A stretch of DNA of 32,000 bases. Origin: Candidatus Saccharimonadota bacterium. Its GTDB lineage: Bacteria; Bacteroidota; Bacteroidia; Cytophagales; Amoebophilaceae. Below the pieces are notes generated by a model. That model had not been told where the DNA came from. It searched no databases and was given only the letters and a program-made list of their open reading frames with translations. Position numbers and translations under genes: made by a program. The first letter of the stretch is position 1; each line of letters starts with the position of its first letter. The DNA lies in NCBI RefSeq assembly GCF_936981045.1, contig NZ_OW441264.1, positions 270,001 through 302,000 of the forward strand, in the 5' to 3' direction. Positions 8,801-15,761 of the stretch are shown piece by piece.

Positions 8801-11472
8801 ATCCTGATCAGCAGGTATCTAATCTGGATTATCTTACCCCAGCACAGTATAATCAAATTATAGCTACCTGGAATGATACAGATCGAGATTATCCAAGTAG
8901 TAAGACTATCCATCAGTTATTTGAAGAGCAGGTAGCAAGAACCCCAGATAACACAGCTATAGTATATGAGGAGATAAAGTTAACCTACAGGCAACTTAAT
9001 GAAAGCGCTAACCAGTTAGCTAATTATTTAGTAGCGCATTATCAGATTCAACCTGATGCGTTAATAGCCTTGTGTTTGGACCGTAGTGAGCATATGTTGA
9101 TAGCGATTCTAGCTGTGTTAAAAGCTGGAGGAGCCTATGTACCCATTGATCCAAGTTATCCTGATGAAAGGATTCAGTATATACTAGAAGATACTGATAC
9201 TAAGTTAGTATTGACTAATCAGATCCACCAGAAAAGGTTAGAAGCTATTAGTCAATATAATTTGACTAATACAGCTGGAATAGTTAATCAGGAAGGTGTA
9301 GCAGTAAGTCAACTATGCGATAGCTTAGCTATAGATGGTAAACTTTTAGGGGAACAATTATTGTTACAATCAATAGCTAATCCAAATACAGAAACAATAA
9401 GTACTCATCTGGCCTATGTAATCTATACTTCAGGAACTACTGGTAAGCCTAAGGGGGTAATGGTGGAGCATAGGGGGGTAATAAATACTATATTATCCTT
9501 AAATGGGGTATATGATTTTAGCAAGGGAGATAAGGTTACTGCATTTACCTCATATGTCTTTGATGTATCTGTTTCAGAGTTTTTTACTGTATTATTTCAA
9601 TCTGGAGCACTACATCTCTTGAGTGAAGCAGTAAAAGCTGATGCATTACTAATCAGTAGGTATATAACAGATCATTATATCAATTATGTCTACTTACCTC
9701 CGGTATTACTATCGGTTCTACCCAGAGTAGCATATACAACACTATATAGCATCATATATGCAGGGGAGCCATGTGATAAGGATACAGGTAAGTATTGGTC
9801 AGATAATTATCAACTTTATAATTATTATGGACCTGCAGAAGCAACCATATATACAACTGGTAAACAAATAATAAGTGGAGATACTCATTTAATAGGTGCT
9901 CCTATATCTAATTCTAGATGCTATGTATTAGATAGTAATCTAGCTCCCTTACCAATAGGTGCTATAGGAGAACTATACATAGGCGGAGCCGGCCTAGCCC
10001 GAGGCTACTTAAATAGAGCTGATCTTACCGCTGAGCTATTTATAGCTAATCCATTCCAAACTGCAGAAGAGAAAAGATTAGGAAAGAATGCAAGATTATA
10101 TAAAACAGGAGATTTAGTGCGTTGGTTACCAGATGGTAATTTGAAATATATAGGGCGTAATGATTTCCAAGTTAAAATTAGAGGTTATCGTATTGAATTA
10201 GGGGAAGTTGAAACTGCTTTATCTAGTTATCCAGCTATTAAACAAAGTGTGGTACTAGCCAAAGAACATAAAGATAAGGCAGATGGTGGAGCTGGTCACA
10301 AATATCTAGTGGGGTATTATGTAGCAGAGACTAGACTAGATGAAGGAGTAATACTTGGTTATCTGCAATCTAAATTACCAAGCTATATGGTACCCGCTCT
10401 ATTGGTACACCTAGATCAGCTACCCCTTACCATTAATGGTAAGTTGGATAGAAAGGCTTTACCAGAGCCTGAGTTTACCAACCAAGATGGTTATGTAGCG
10501 CCAAGGAATGAGCTAGAAAGAAAGGTATGCCAGATATGGGCAGAGGTATTAGGATTGGATGAAGATAAAGTGAGTATAGAAGATGATTTCTTTAGATTGG
10601 GGGGAAATAGTATATTAGCTATAAGTTTAATGAGTAAGTTAAATAATTGTTTCCAATCTAAATTAAAGGTAGTTGATATATTTGTATATAAGCATATTGT
10701 ATCATTATCATCTAGAATATTTCAAGCTAAAAATAGTTATCAAACACTTATTAAACTGAATAACACCTATGACAAACCCAATATGTTTATGATACATCCA
10801 GCAGATGGAGGGTGTGAAGTCTATATTTCTTTAGCTGATGCATTAGCTTACGACTTTAGTTGTTATGGCATAGATTCATATAATTTATATCATGAGCATA
10901 AAATAGATAGCTTATATGAATTAGCTAAATATTATCTATCATATATTGATGAGGTAATGAGTAGAACAGATCAAGAAATTTACCACTTACTGGGTTGGTC
11001 ATTAGGAGGGCAATTAGCATTAGAAATCGCATCTATTTTAGAGCAAAGAGGAAATACTAAGATTAAAATTTATTTACTGGATACCATATTACTTGACCAA
11101 CATTTACAATCTATAAGGAATAATGATGCAGACTATAAAAATAGATTTATGGAATATATAATGTCACAAGGATATGATCCATCATATGTAGAGAAAGTAA
11201 TATCAAATATGGATGCAGAAGATAAATTGGTAGAGCAGCATATATCTTCCATATTAAAGCATAGCCATATATTATTATTTAAAACAATGCTTGAAAATAC
11301 AAAGGTGAAAATAAAAGAAATACACGAATATACTTCCACCCTTACGTATAATAATGTAGATAAAATTGTCAACAATCAATGCAACATTAAACTTATTAAA
11401 ATGGACAATGTGCATCATATGAATATATTAGAGCAAGAAGCATCGCTAGCTTCCGATATTACAGCATGGTAA
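1..11472 (+). CDS. Non-ribosomal peptide synthetase, 5' end outside the window; visible domain order A-T-E / C-A-T-E / C-A-T-TE
   Basis: Frame 1 has no stop in bases 1-60. Those codons (LETINQYSLTNIAGIANQEG) repeat the A-domain text seen at ~4606 and ~9238, so the GTG at 61 is internal. A-domain cores occur three times: TSGTTGKPKG, NxYGPTE, GELYIGG, YKTGDLVRW, GRNDFQVKIRGYRIELGE, NGKLDRKAL. Carrier Ser codons are at 1393-1395 and 6016-6018 (FFRLGGDSI) and at 10609-10611 (FFRLGGNSI). Epimerase HHxxxDxVSWRIL starts at 1975 and 6598. Condensation HHxILDGWS starts at 3310 and 7933. Thioesterase GWSLGG has its Ser at 10999-11001. Stop is TAA at 11470-11472. Confidence 0.97.
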   Translation, partial: LETINQYSLTNIAGIANQEGVAVSQLCDSLAIDSKPLHEQLSLQSIDNPDIAVVDTNLAYIIYTSGTTGKPKGVMVEHKGVVNLRYDLTDRYQLGHTDNNEAILQFADYVFDASVEQMVLPLLGGYLLVLIPNQLWLDKQQFYNYLITHKVTHMDATPTFLEQCNFSQVASLKRLVCGGDLLSQDRYNKIRLAVRDDLTIINEYGPTEASITSIVNVIQNDTLITIGVPISNMRCYVVDSNLTLLPIGAIGELYIGGIGPTRGYFNRPDLTAERFMANPFQTEDERRSGKNARLYKTGDLVRWLPDGNLEYIGRNDFQVKIRGYRVELGEIEAALSSYPAIKQSVVLAREHKDKAEGGVGYKYLVGYYVAETRLDEGAILNYLQSKLPDYMVPALLVHLDQLPLTINGKLDRKALPEPEFTNQDSYVAPRNELERKVCQIWAEVLGLAADKVGIEDDFFRLGGDSIVSIQLVSRLRQKLGLQISVKDIFSYKSIASLYDHVLSKVQDKALPLIQAEQGILSGKVDLLPVQQWFLEHDFSNPHYWNQSFLIKTPKLELDQLEKSLVKLIQYHDSFRLKYSKSGDGSYYQYYDAQAIPASLKILDIQTLGLQEVSQPFENKLQEVYTAWQSNFNLTEGPLYSIGYLYGYKDGSARIYFALHHLMVDSVSWRILAEDLRNIYYGKDLGSKGSSYRQWVKTVQAYAINHQEEEAYWNAILVDYDGDQFNKLIVSETTANQASIQLSPEQTTQLLQESNQAYHTQINDLLLTALAYSLARVTSNKVNHIVLEGHGREEIDSSIDVTRTLGWFTTIYPVRLTVRERLDDSIKHIKESLREIPNKGIGYGPLIGYQDDVLPRISFNYLGQFGSGQVQNDWQIVGEGSGVQIDATNQDHHILNINGLVVDGRLTFTILSKLDKQATDQLANSFKKHLAAIIDHTASQSRSYLTVSDIDHIISQERLDLLQASREIEGIYLANSLQQGFVYHALHQGDVDDAYFVQTISQYHNPLNVEQLKEAWSHAQAKYASLRLRLDWEEKVVQIIDKEGSLDWRYIDLSQEANLTEQENQIKHIQQQDRLEPYDLGEGNLFRVYLIKQKQNLYTCISSSHHIILDGWSSPILLGYVHDCYIRLQNREVISVQPDHTYLSAQHYLQNHQADHKDYWDNYIAQIDEHSDLSGLLINRDKRLSDYKHILQPVEQTLTISDNLYGRLKSLSQQEGITLNSILQYSWHKLLSIYGDNTQTIVGTTLSGRNLPVDDIECSVGLYINTLPLVVKHQLNKSIIDAIKNIQSTIHELNSRSNVSLAKLQPGGQRLFDSLFVYENYPNPTGGHQDKIKLSFKGSIEKLDYPLAVTAYEGNNQLTVTFKYAGELFSEDTIASLLSLIRLLLEQIAADCYQAASNLDYLIDKQYNQIVYNWNATDKAYPVHKTIHQLFEEQVVRTPDHIAVVYEEVKLTYKELNEKSNQLANYLVAHYQIQPDALIALCLDRSEHMLIVILAVLKAGGAYVPIDPSYPNERIQYILEDTDTKLVLTNQIHQQRLEAISQYNLTNTVGIANQEGVAVSQCDILAIDSKPLGEQLLLQSIANPNTATIISTHLAYVIYTSGTTAKPKGVMVEHRAVISLIVNVTYVDIDATDSFIQLADIAFDAAVFEIWGALLKGARLRIPGNRMDILNNTNLFIEILATNGISVLFLTKTLFDQLFLMDQSIFRGLKYLLVGGEALDPKLISQLISSTYIPRNIVNAYGPTENSVFSCALNINRDNIADKNSIPIGIPLTNRKAYVLDTTLTPLPIGAIGELYIGGAGLARGYLNRSDLTAERFIANPFQTGEEKRLGKNARLYKTGDLVRWLPDGNLECIGRNDFQVKIRGYRIELGEVETALSSYPAIKQSVVLAREHKDKAEGGAGHKYLVGYYVSETRLDEGAILNYLQSKLPDYMVPALLVHLDQLPLTINGKLDRKALPEPEFTNQGGYVAPRNGLEKKVCQIWAEVLGLDEDKVGIEDDFFRLGGDSIVSIQLVSRLRQKLGLHIGVKDIFTYKTIEKLYDHVLSKKVDSDAQLKTEQGILTGELPLLPVQQWFFAHNFTAAHHWNQAFLIKTLNLDLNQLEKGIAQLVQHHDGFRLRYKKVAEQEHYGQYYDANAAVEPLKVLDVRTLPVKEGSKSFEAKLQEVLADWQSGFDLENGPVYNIGYIHGYQDGSSRIHFSLHHLIVDAVSWRILTEDLKAIYHGHKLGLKGSSYRQWVHAVEEYAASHASEKDYWIHVLSDYNSSPLNGLMVSETTCHYSSLQLSKQQTVRLLQKSNQAYHTQINDLLLTALGYSLAEITGHRVNHIVLEGHGREAIDGSIDVTRTLGWFTTIYPVRLEISASLADSIKHIKGNLRKIPHKGIGYGTLLGYKKDLPKISFNYLGQFDKKDGTLDGWPIVSEAAGITVDGANQDPCIININGLVINGQLQFDISSKLDIATTQKLADAFKQKLEEVIDHTVGQTRSHLTTSDIDYIISQERLDLLQESREIEGVYLANSLQQGFIYHALSQGDIDDAYRIQVIWEYHTSLDVDHLKEAWTLAQAKFGSLRLRLDWQGELIQIIDRVGYLNWHYIDISQMQDLAAQSTKIKQIQEQDRQEPYNLALGNLFRVYLIKQKKDLYTCIFSNHHAILDGWSNQILLKYVHDTYLKLQAQAVIPLKVDASYPAAQQYIQTHQAANKDYWDGYIAQIEERTDLSGLLSSSGQQLRINEHRHIRNPQDQIVSIIGNLYDGLKQLSQVAGVTLNALLQYVWHKVLSIYGNSLQTVVGTTVSGRNLPIDDIEHSVGLYINTLPLVVTHQGDISVIEAIRKIQSDINEINSRSDISLAKLQKEGQRLFDSLFVYENYPDLIGKEAHEDIKISFKESVEKLDYPLAVIAYEANHQLTFVLKYAGELFSKDTIADLLLIVQGLLEQIASDPDQQVSNLDYLTPAQYNQIIATWNDTDRDYPSSKTIHQLFEEQVARTPDNTAIVYEEIKLTYRQLNESANQLANYLVAHYQIQPDALIALCLDRSEHMLIAILAVLKAGGAYVPIDPSYPDERIQYILEDTDTKLVLTNQIHQKRLEAISQYNLTNTAGIVNQEGVAVSQLCDSLAIDGKLLGEQLLLQSIANPNTETISTHLAYVIYTSGTTGKPKGVMVEHRGVINTILSLNGVYDFSKGDKVTAFTSYVFDVSVSEFFTVLFQSGALHLLSEAVKADALLISRYITDHYINYVYLPPVLLSVLPRVAYTTLYSIIYAGEPCDKDTGKYWSDNYQLYNYYGPAEATIYTTGKQIISGDTHLIGAPISNSRCYVLDSNLAPLPIGAIGELYIGGAGLARGYLNRADLTAELFIANPFQTAEEKRLGKNARLYKTGDLVRWLPDGNLKYIGRNDFQVKIRGYRIELGEVETALSSYPAIKQSVVLAKEHKDKADGGAGHKYLVGYYVAETRLDEGVILGYLQSKLPSYMVPALLVHLDQLPLTINGKLDRKALPEPEFTNQDGYVAPRNELERKVCQIWAEVLGLDEDKVSIEDDFFRLGGNSILAISLMSKLNNCFQSKLKVVDIFVYKHIVSLSSRIFQAKNSYQTLIKLNNTYDKPNMFMIHPADGGCEVYISLADALAYDFSCYGIDSYNLYHEHKIDSLYELAKYYLSYIDEVMSRTDQEIYHLLGWSLGGQLALEIASILEQRGNTKIKIYLLDTILLDQHLQSIRNNDADYKNRFMEYIMSQGYDPSYVEKVISNMDAEDKLVEQHISSILKHSHILLFKTMLENTKVKIKEIHEYTSTLTYNNVDKIVNNQCNIKLIKMDNVHHMNILEQEASLASDITAW
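2836..7460 (+). other. NRPS module n+1: C - A - T - E
   Basis: C domain ~2890-4200 (YLANSLQQGFVYHAL, HHIILDGWS). A domain ~4260-5880 (LTYKELNE, LKAGGAYVPIDP, TSGTTAKPKG, NAYGPTE). T domain ~5905-6130 (GGDSI). E domain ~6170-7460 (HHLIVDAVSWRIL). Borders approximate. Confidence 0.85.
7461..11472 (+). other. NRPS terminal module n+2: C - A - T - TE
   Basis: C domain ~7510-8830 (HHAILDGWS). A domain ~8880-10480 (TSGTTGKPKG, NYYGPAE, GELYIGGAGLARGY). T domain ~10500-10720 (GGNSI, not the E-coupled GGDSI). TE ~10770-11472 (GWSLGG, a later LLD, and HH near the C-terminus). Borders approximate. Confidence 0.85.
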
Positions 11473-11486
11473 GCTTCTGGTTTAAG

Positions 11487-12819
11487 GGGTCTTTTGTTTT
11501 AAGTGTGTAAATATATTTCGGGTTATAATATTTAGATAAACTAAAATACTTAAAACAATGAAAAGAAAAGAGACAGTTAAAGATGGGATAAGCAAGGCCA
11601 TAGATGTACTGATAGACTCAGGTGTAGAGCTATCGACCCTATTTGATCAAGGCGGCTTACTCAAACAATTAAGCAAACGTCTTGTAGAAAAAGCATTAGC
11701 ATCAGAAATGGATAACCATTTAGATTATAACAAGTATGCAGGTAGTGATTCAGATAATGCTTGTAATGACTTGTCTAGTAAGCAAATTATCACTGATAAT
11801 GGGGTTATATCGGTTGAGGTCCCTAGAGATAGATCATCCACTTTTGAACCTGTTTTATTACCTAAGCGTCAAACAAGAATACCTGGTTTAGATGATAAGA
11901 TCTTATCTCTATATGCTAAAGGCATGAGCCTATCAGATATTCAGATTCAAATACAAGAGTTATATGGCGCAGAAGTTAGTGAAAGCCTGATAAGTAACAT
12001 CACAGATGCTGTTATCAAAGATGTTAAAATATGGCAAAATCGTCCCTTAGAGTCGGTTTATCCTATCGTTTTTTTTGATTGTTTTGTAGTTAAAGTTAGA
12101 CAGGATAAGCGCATAAGCAATAAATCAGTCTACGTTGCGTTAGGTATAGATAGATTGGGCATGCAAGATGTTTTAGGTCTTTGGATGAGTGAAAATGCAG
12201 GAGCTAAATTTTGGTTGGGGAATTTAACAGAACTCAAAAATCGTGGCATGCACGATATACTCATTGCGTGTACAGATAATTTGCCAGGTATGTCTGAGGC
12301 CATTACTGCTGTACACCCGAAAACGGAACATCAGCTCTGTATTGTTCATGCTATTAGGAATAGCTTGCAATATGTTTCTTATAAACATAGAAAGGCATTA
12401 GTTGCTGATTTAAAACCAGTTTATACTGCAGTTACTGAAGAAGAAGCATTGATGGCCTTAGAAGCTTTTGCTACCAAGTGGAATCAACAATACCCACAAA
12501 TAGCCAAATCTTGGTATGCTAACTGGGATAATTTGATGGTATTTTTACAATACCCTAGTGCCATACGTAGAGTGATTTACACAACAAATGCTGTTGAATC
12601 TGTAAATAGTCAATTCCGTAGAGTTACCAAAAATAAAAGGGTATTTCCTAACGATCTAGCTGTTTTTAAAACATTGTATCTAACTATTAATTACATGACT
12701 AGAAAGTGGACCATCCCTATTCATAATTGGAGTGAGGCTATGGCACATTTTTCAATTAAATTAGAAAATAGAATCTAATAAACCAAAAAAATAATTTACA
12801 CACTTAATTGGACAGATCC
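11487..12819 (+). mobile_element. IS256-family insertion sequence, lineage A, copy 1 (intact)
   Basis: Imperfect terminal inverted repeats: GGGTCTTTTGTTTTAAGTGTGTAAAT at 11487-11512, against the reverse complement of 12794-12819 (GGATCTGTCCAATTAAGTGTGTAAAT). The inner 14 bp are identical. A perfect 8-bp direct repeat GGTTTAAG lies at 11479-11486 and 12820-12827, a target-duplication length typical of IS256. Confidence 0.93.
11558..12778 (+). CDS. IS256-family (mutator-type) DDE transposase, apparently intact
   Basis: 406 aa with family-typical blocks: LLKQLSKRLVEKALASEMDNHL, VPRDR..FEP, YPIVFFDCFVVKV, GAKFWLGNLTELKNRG, ILIACTDNL, QLCIVHAIRNSL, IYTTNAVESVNSQFRRVTK. Confidence 0.93.
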   Translation: MKRKETVKDGISKAIDVLIDSGVELSTLFDQGGLLKQLSKRLVEKALASEMDNHLDYNKYAGSDSDNACNDLSSKQIITDNGVISVEVPRDRSSTFEPVLLPKRQTRIPGLDDKILSLYAKGMSLSDIQIQIQELYGAEVSESLISNITDAVIKDVKIWQNRPLESVYPIVFFDCFVVKVRQDKRISNKSVYVALGIDRLGMQDVLGLWMSENAGAKFWLGNLTELKNRGMHDILIACTDNLPGMSEAITAVHPKTEHQLCIVHAIRNSLQYVSYKHRKALVADLKPVYTAVTEEEALMALEAFATKWNQQYPQIAKSWYANWDNLMVFLQYPSAIRRVIYTTNAVESVNSQFRRVTKNKRVFPNDLAVFKTLYLTINYMTRKWTIPIHNWSEAMAHFSIKLENRI

Positions 12820-12850
12820 GGTTTAAGAATTAACTCAAACAATTGTAACT

Positions 12851-14569
12851 ATGAAAACACCTACTTACATACTCGGCATTAACCATACCTATCATGAACT
12901 AAGCGCAGCTATTATTAGAGATGGCATATTAGTTTCTTGTATAGAAGAAGAAAGGTTATCTCGTATAAAACATGGCAAGGATGCGCAAGTTGATAACCCT
13001 AACATACTCCCTATTGCTTCTATTGACTACTGTTTAAAATCAGCAGGAATTCAGCCTAAAGAGATCGATTGCATAGGTATATCATTTGAACCTAGGCAGC
13101 GGCTACGAAATATAGATATTGATCCCTACTATGAACATCATAACTGGGGAAGTAAGATGGGAGAAGAGTTGTTTGTAGAGAAATTAATGCAAGTTCCTGA
13201 TTTATTAAGTGCCCATTTAGAAGGGTATGATAAAAGTAATATCAAGTGGATTCCTCACCATATTTGCCATGCAGCAAGTGCGTTTTTTGTCTCTCCTTAT
13301 GATGAGGCAGCTATTATTTGTATAGATGGCATAGGAGAATTTGCTAGTACTTGGTTAGGGCAAGGTAAGGGTAATAACATGTCTGTTTTAAAAGAAATAA
13401 ATTACCCCAATTCATTAGGATTTCTCTGGGAAAAAATTTCTAAATTTTTGGGATTTTCAGATTATGACGCTGCAAAAGTAATGGGGTTAAGTGCTTATGG
13501 CAATCCAGATAAATTTCACCACTGTTTTCAACAATTGTTAAGTTTAGAGCGTGACGGTACTTTTAGCATTAATAATGATATTACTAGATTCAGATTAGAA
13601 GATTTCCACAGTCTTGAGGAACTGTTTAAAGTAAAAAAGGTTAATAACTTGAGGGAAATTACATCAGCTCATAGAGATATTGCAGCTGGTATGCAGAAAA
13701 TCACTAATGACACTATGTTACATCTTGCTAAATACATTGCAAATGCAACAAAATCAACATATTTATGCCTAGCAGGCGGTGTAGCATTAAATTGTGTGGC
13801 CAATCATGAAATTTTAAAGAGTAAATACTTTGAAAGTATCTACATACAACCAGCTTCTAACGATGCAGGAACAGCTTTAGGTGCAGCTTTTCAAATTTGG
13901 AATTCATTAATGGGCAACCAGCGAACATATGTAATGGATCATAGCTATACATCATCTGAGTATGGGGCCAATGACATAGAGCATGTTCTTCGAAAAGAGG
14001 AATTACACTACAATAAAATCACCAATATAGAAGAAGTAGTTGCTGAACTATTAGCAGAAGGCGATTATATTATAGGTTGGTTCCAAGGGAAAATGGAATG
14101 GGGACCAAGAGCTTTGGGAAATAGATCATTACTTGCAGATCCTAGGAATGCTAAGATGAAGGATATATTGAACCTGCGTATTAAAAAAAGAGAATCTTTT
14201 AGACCTTTTGCACCTAGCGTATTAGAAGAATACGCACAGGAGTGGTTTAAAATTCCAGATTGTTGTGATTCAATATCCAAACAATTTATGCTTTTTACTT
14301 TTCCGGTACATGAAGATAAGATTCCCATAATTCCTGCCGTGGTCCATGTGAATAATACCAGCAGGGTTCAATTGGTAAATAAAAGGACAAATCCCCGCTA
14401 TTATCATTTAATAGCAAAATTTTTAGAAAAAACAGGCGTGCCCATGATTTTGAATACATCTTTTAATGATAATGAGCCTATCGTTTGTACTCCATTGGAT
14501 GCTGTAAATACTTTTAAAAAAACAGAGATGGATTACTTAGTTATGGATAATTTTCTTGTGCACAGATAA
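12851..14569 (+). CDS. Carbamoyltransferase, NodU/CmcH/TobZ family
   Basis: 572 aa. The N-terminal Kae1/ASKHA-like half shows ILGINHTYHELSAAI, EEERLSRIKH, HHICHAASAF and LAGGVALNCVAN. The C-terminal half shows GKMEWGPRALGNRSLLADPR, FRPFAPS, VHVNNTSRVQ and ILNTSFN, as in carbamoyl-phosphate-dependent O/N-carbamoyltransferases. Confidence 0.9.
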   Translation: MKTPTYILGINHTYHELSAAIIRDGILVSCIEEERLSRIKHGKDAQVDNPNILPIASIDYCLKSAGIQPKEIDCIGISFEPRQRLRNIDIDPYYEHHNWGSKMGEELFVEKLMQVPDLLSAHLEGYDKSNIKWIPHHICHAASAFFVSPYDEAAIICIDGIGEFASTWLGQGKGNNMSVLKEINYPNSLGFLWEKISKFLGFSDYDAAKVMGLSAYGNPDKFHHCFQQLLSLERDGTFSINNDITRFRLEDFHSLEELFKVKKVNNLREITSAHRDIAAGMQKITNDTMLHLAKYIANATKSTYLCLAGGVALNCVANHEILKSKYFESIYIQPASNDAGTALGAAFQIWNSLMGNQRTYVMDHSYTSSEYGANDIEHVLRKEELHYNKITNIEEVVAELLAEGDYIIGWFQGKMEWGPRALGNRSLLADPRNAKMKDILNLRIKKRESFRPFAPSVLEEYAQEWFKIPDCCDSISKQFMLFTFPVHEDKIPIIPAVVHVNNTSRVQLVNKRTNPRYYHLIAKFLEKTGVPMILNTSFNDNEPIVCTPLDAVNTFKKTEMDYLVMDNFLVHR

Positions 14570-14597
14570 CACATTTATTGCATAATGATTATTTATT

Positions 14598-15761
14598 ATG
14601 AAATATCTAAACAAGAATGACTCTTTGCTAATGTTAGAAGATGGCACAGTTTTCTATGGCCGTTCAGTTGGCAGTAATGGGGTTTCAGTAGGTGAAATTG
14701 TATTCCATACATCCATGAGTGGTTATCAAGAAATCATAACGGATCCCTCTTATGCATCACAGATAGTAGTGTTTACCTACCCTCATATAGGCAATACAGG
14801 TATCAACAGCTGTGATAGTGAATCTAGCCGGGTTTGGGTCTCTGGCATGGTAATGCGCGATTTTATTGAAATCGGTAGTAGTTATAGAATGGAAAAATCA
14901 TTAAGGGCATATTTGGATGAAAACAATACACTTGCTGTTTCTGGAATAGATACAAGATGTCTGACCCAACACATTCGTAAATATGGTTCTCTAAAAGGAT
15001 GCCTTATGTGTGGAAATATAAATGAGGTACTTGCGCTTGATTTAATACAAGCATTTAATGCAAACATGAATTTTAATCTTATTGATAAAGTTACTTGTAG
15101 AGAAGCCTATAGGTATAACCCAAACAATGCTCCCAATCGATTCTTTTCTGAGTCGACTAAGCTAGACCAAATAGATAAATACAGAGTTGTAGTTTATGAT
15201 TTTGGGGTAAAAAACTCCATATTAAATTGCCTAGTTGCTAAAGGGCTAGAAGTAATGGTTGTACCATCACATACACCAGTTGCATACATTGTCCGCCTTA
15301 AGCCAGATGGTATAGTTTTATCTAATGGTCCAGGAGATCCTAGAGCATATCTACCTCTTATTGCTAAAGTAGAAGAGATCTTACAAACTAAGATCCCTAC
15401 GCTAGCCATTTGCTTAGGTCATCAACTTTTGGCATTAGCCTGTGGAGCTAAAGTTTTTAAAATGAAGTTTGGCCATCATGGTGCTAATCATCCAGTCTAT
15501 GATTATGGAAGATCAGCTGTTATAATTAGTAGTCAAAACCACAACTACGCAGTATCTGATGAGGATTTGCCAGATACCTTATATGTAACAAGCCGCTCAC
15601 TTTTTGATAACACCATACAGGGCTTAAAGCACAAGCATTTTGATGCAATGGGTTTTCAGGGTCATCCAGAAGGTGGCCCTGGTCCAAGAGATGGTAATTA
15701 TCTATTTGATTGTTTTTTAGAGTGTATCAAAAAAAATAAAAAAAATGCCACGAAGAGATGA
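14598..15761 (+). CDS. carA: Carbamoyl-phosphate synthase small (glutaminase) subunit
   Basis: 387 aa: LMLEDGTVFYG, ITDPSYASQIVVFTYPHIGNTG, class-I amidotransferase nucleophile ICLGHQLL, and FQGHPE. TGA stop. Overlaps the carB start by 17 bp. Confidence 0.93.
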   Translation: MKYLNKNDSLLMLEDGTVFYGRSVGSNGVSVGEIVFHTSMSGYQEIITDPSYASQIVVFTYPHIGNTGINSCDSESSRVWVSGMVMRDFIEIGSSYRMEKSLRAYLDENNTLAVSGIDTRCLTQHIRKYGSLKGCLMCGNINEVLALDLIQAFNANMNFNLIDKVTCREAYRYNPNNAPNRFFSESTKLDQIDKYRVVVYDFGVKNSILNCLVAKGLEVMVVPSHTPVAYIVRLKPDGIVLSNGPGDPRAYLPLIAKVEEILQTKIPTLAICLGHQLLALACGAKVFKMKFGHHGANHPVYDYGRSAVIISSQNHNYAVSDEDLPDTLYVTSRSLFDNTIQGLKHKHFDAMGFQGHPEGGPGPRDGNYLFDCFLECIKKNKKNATKR

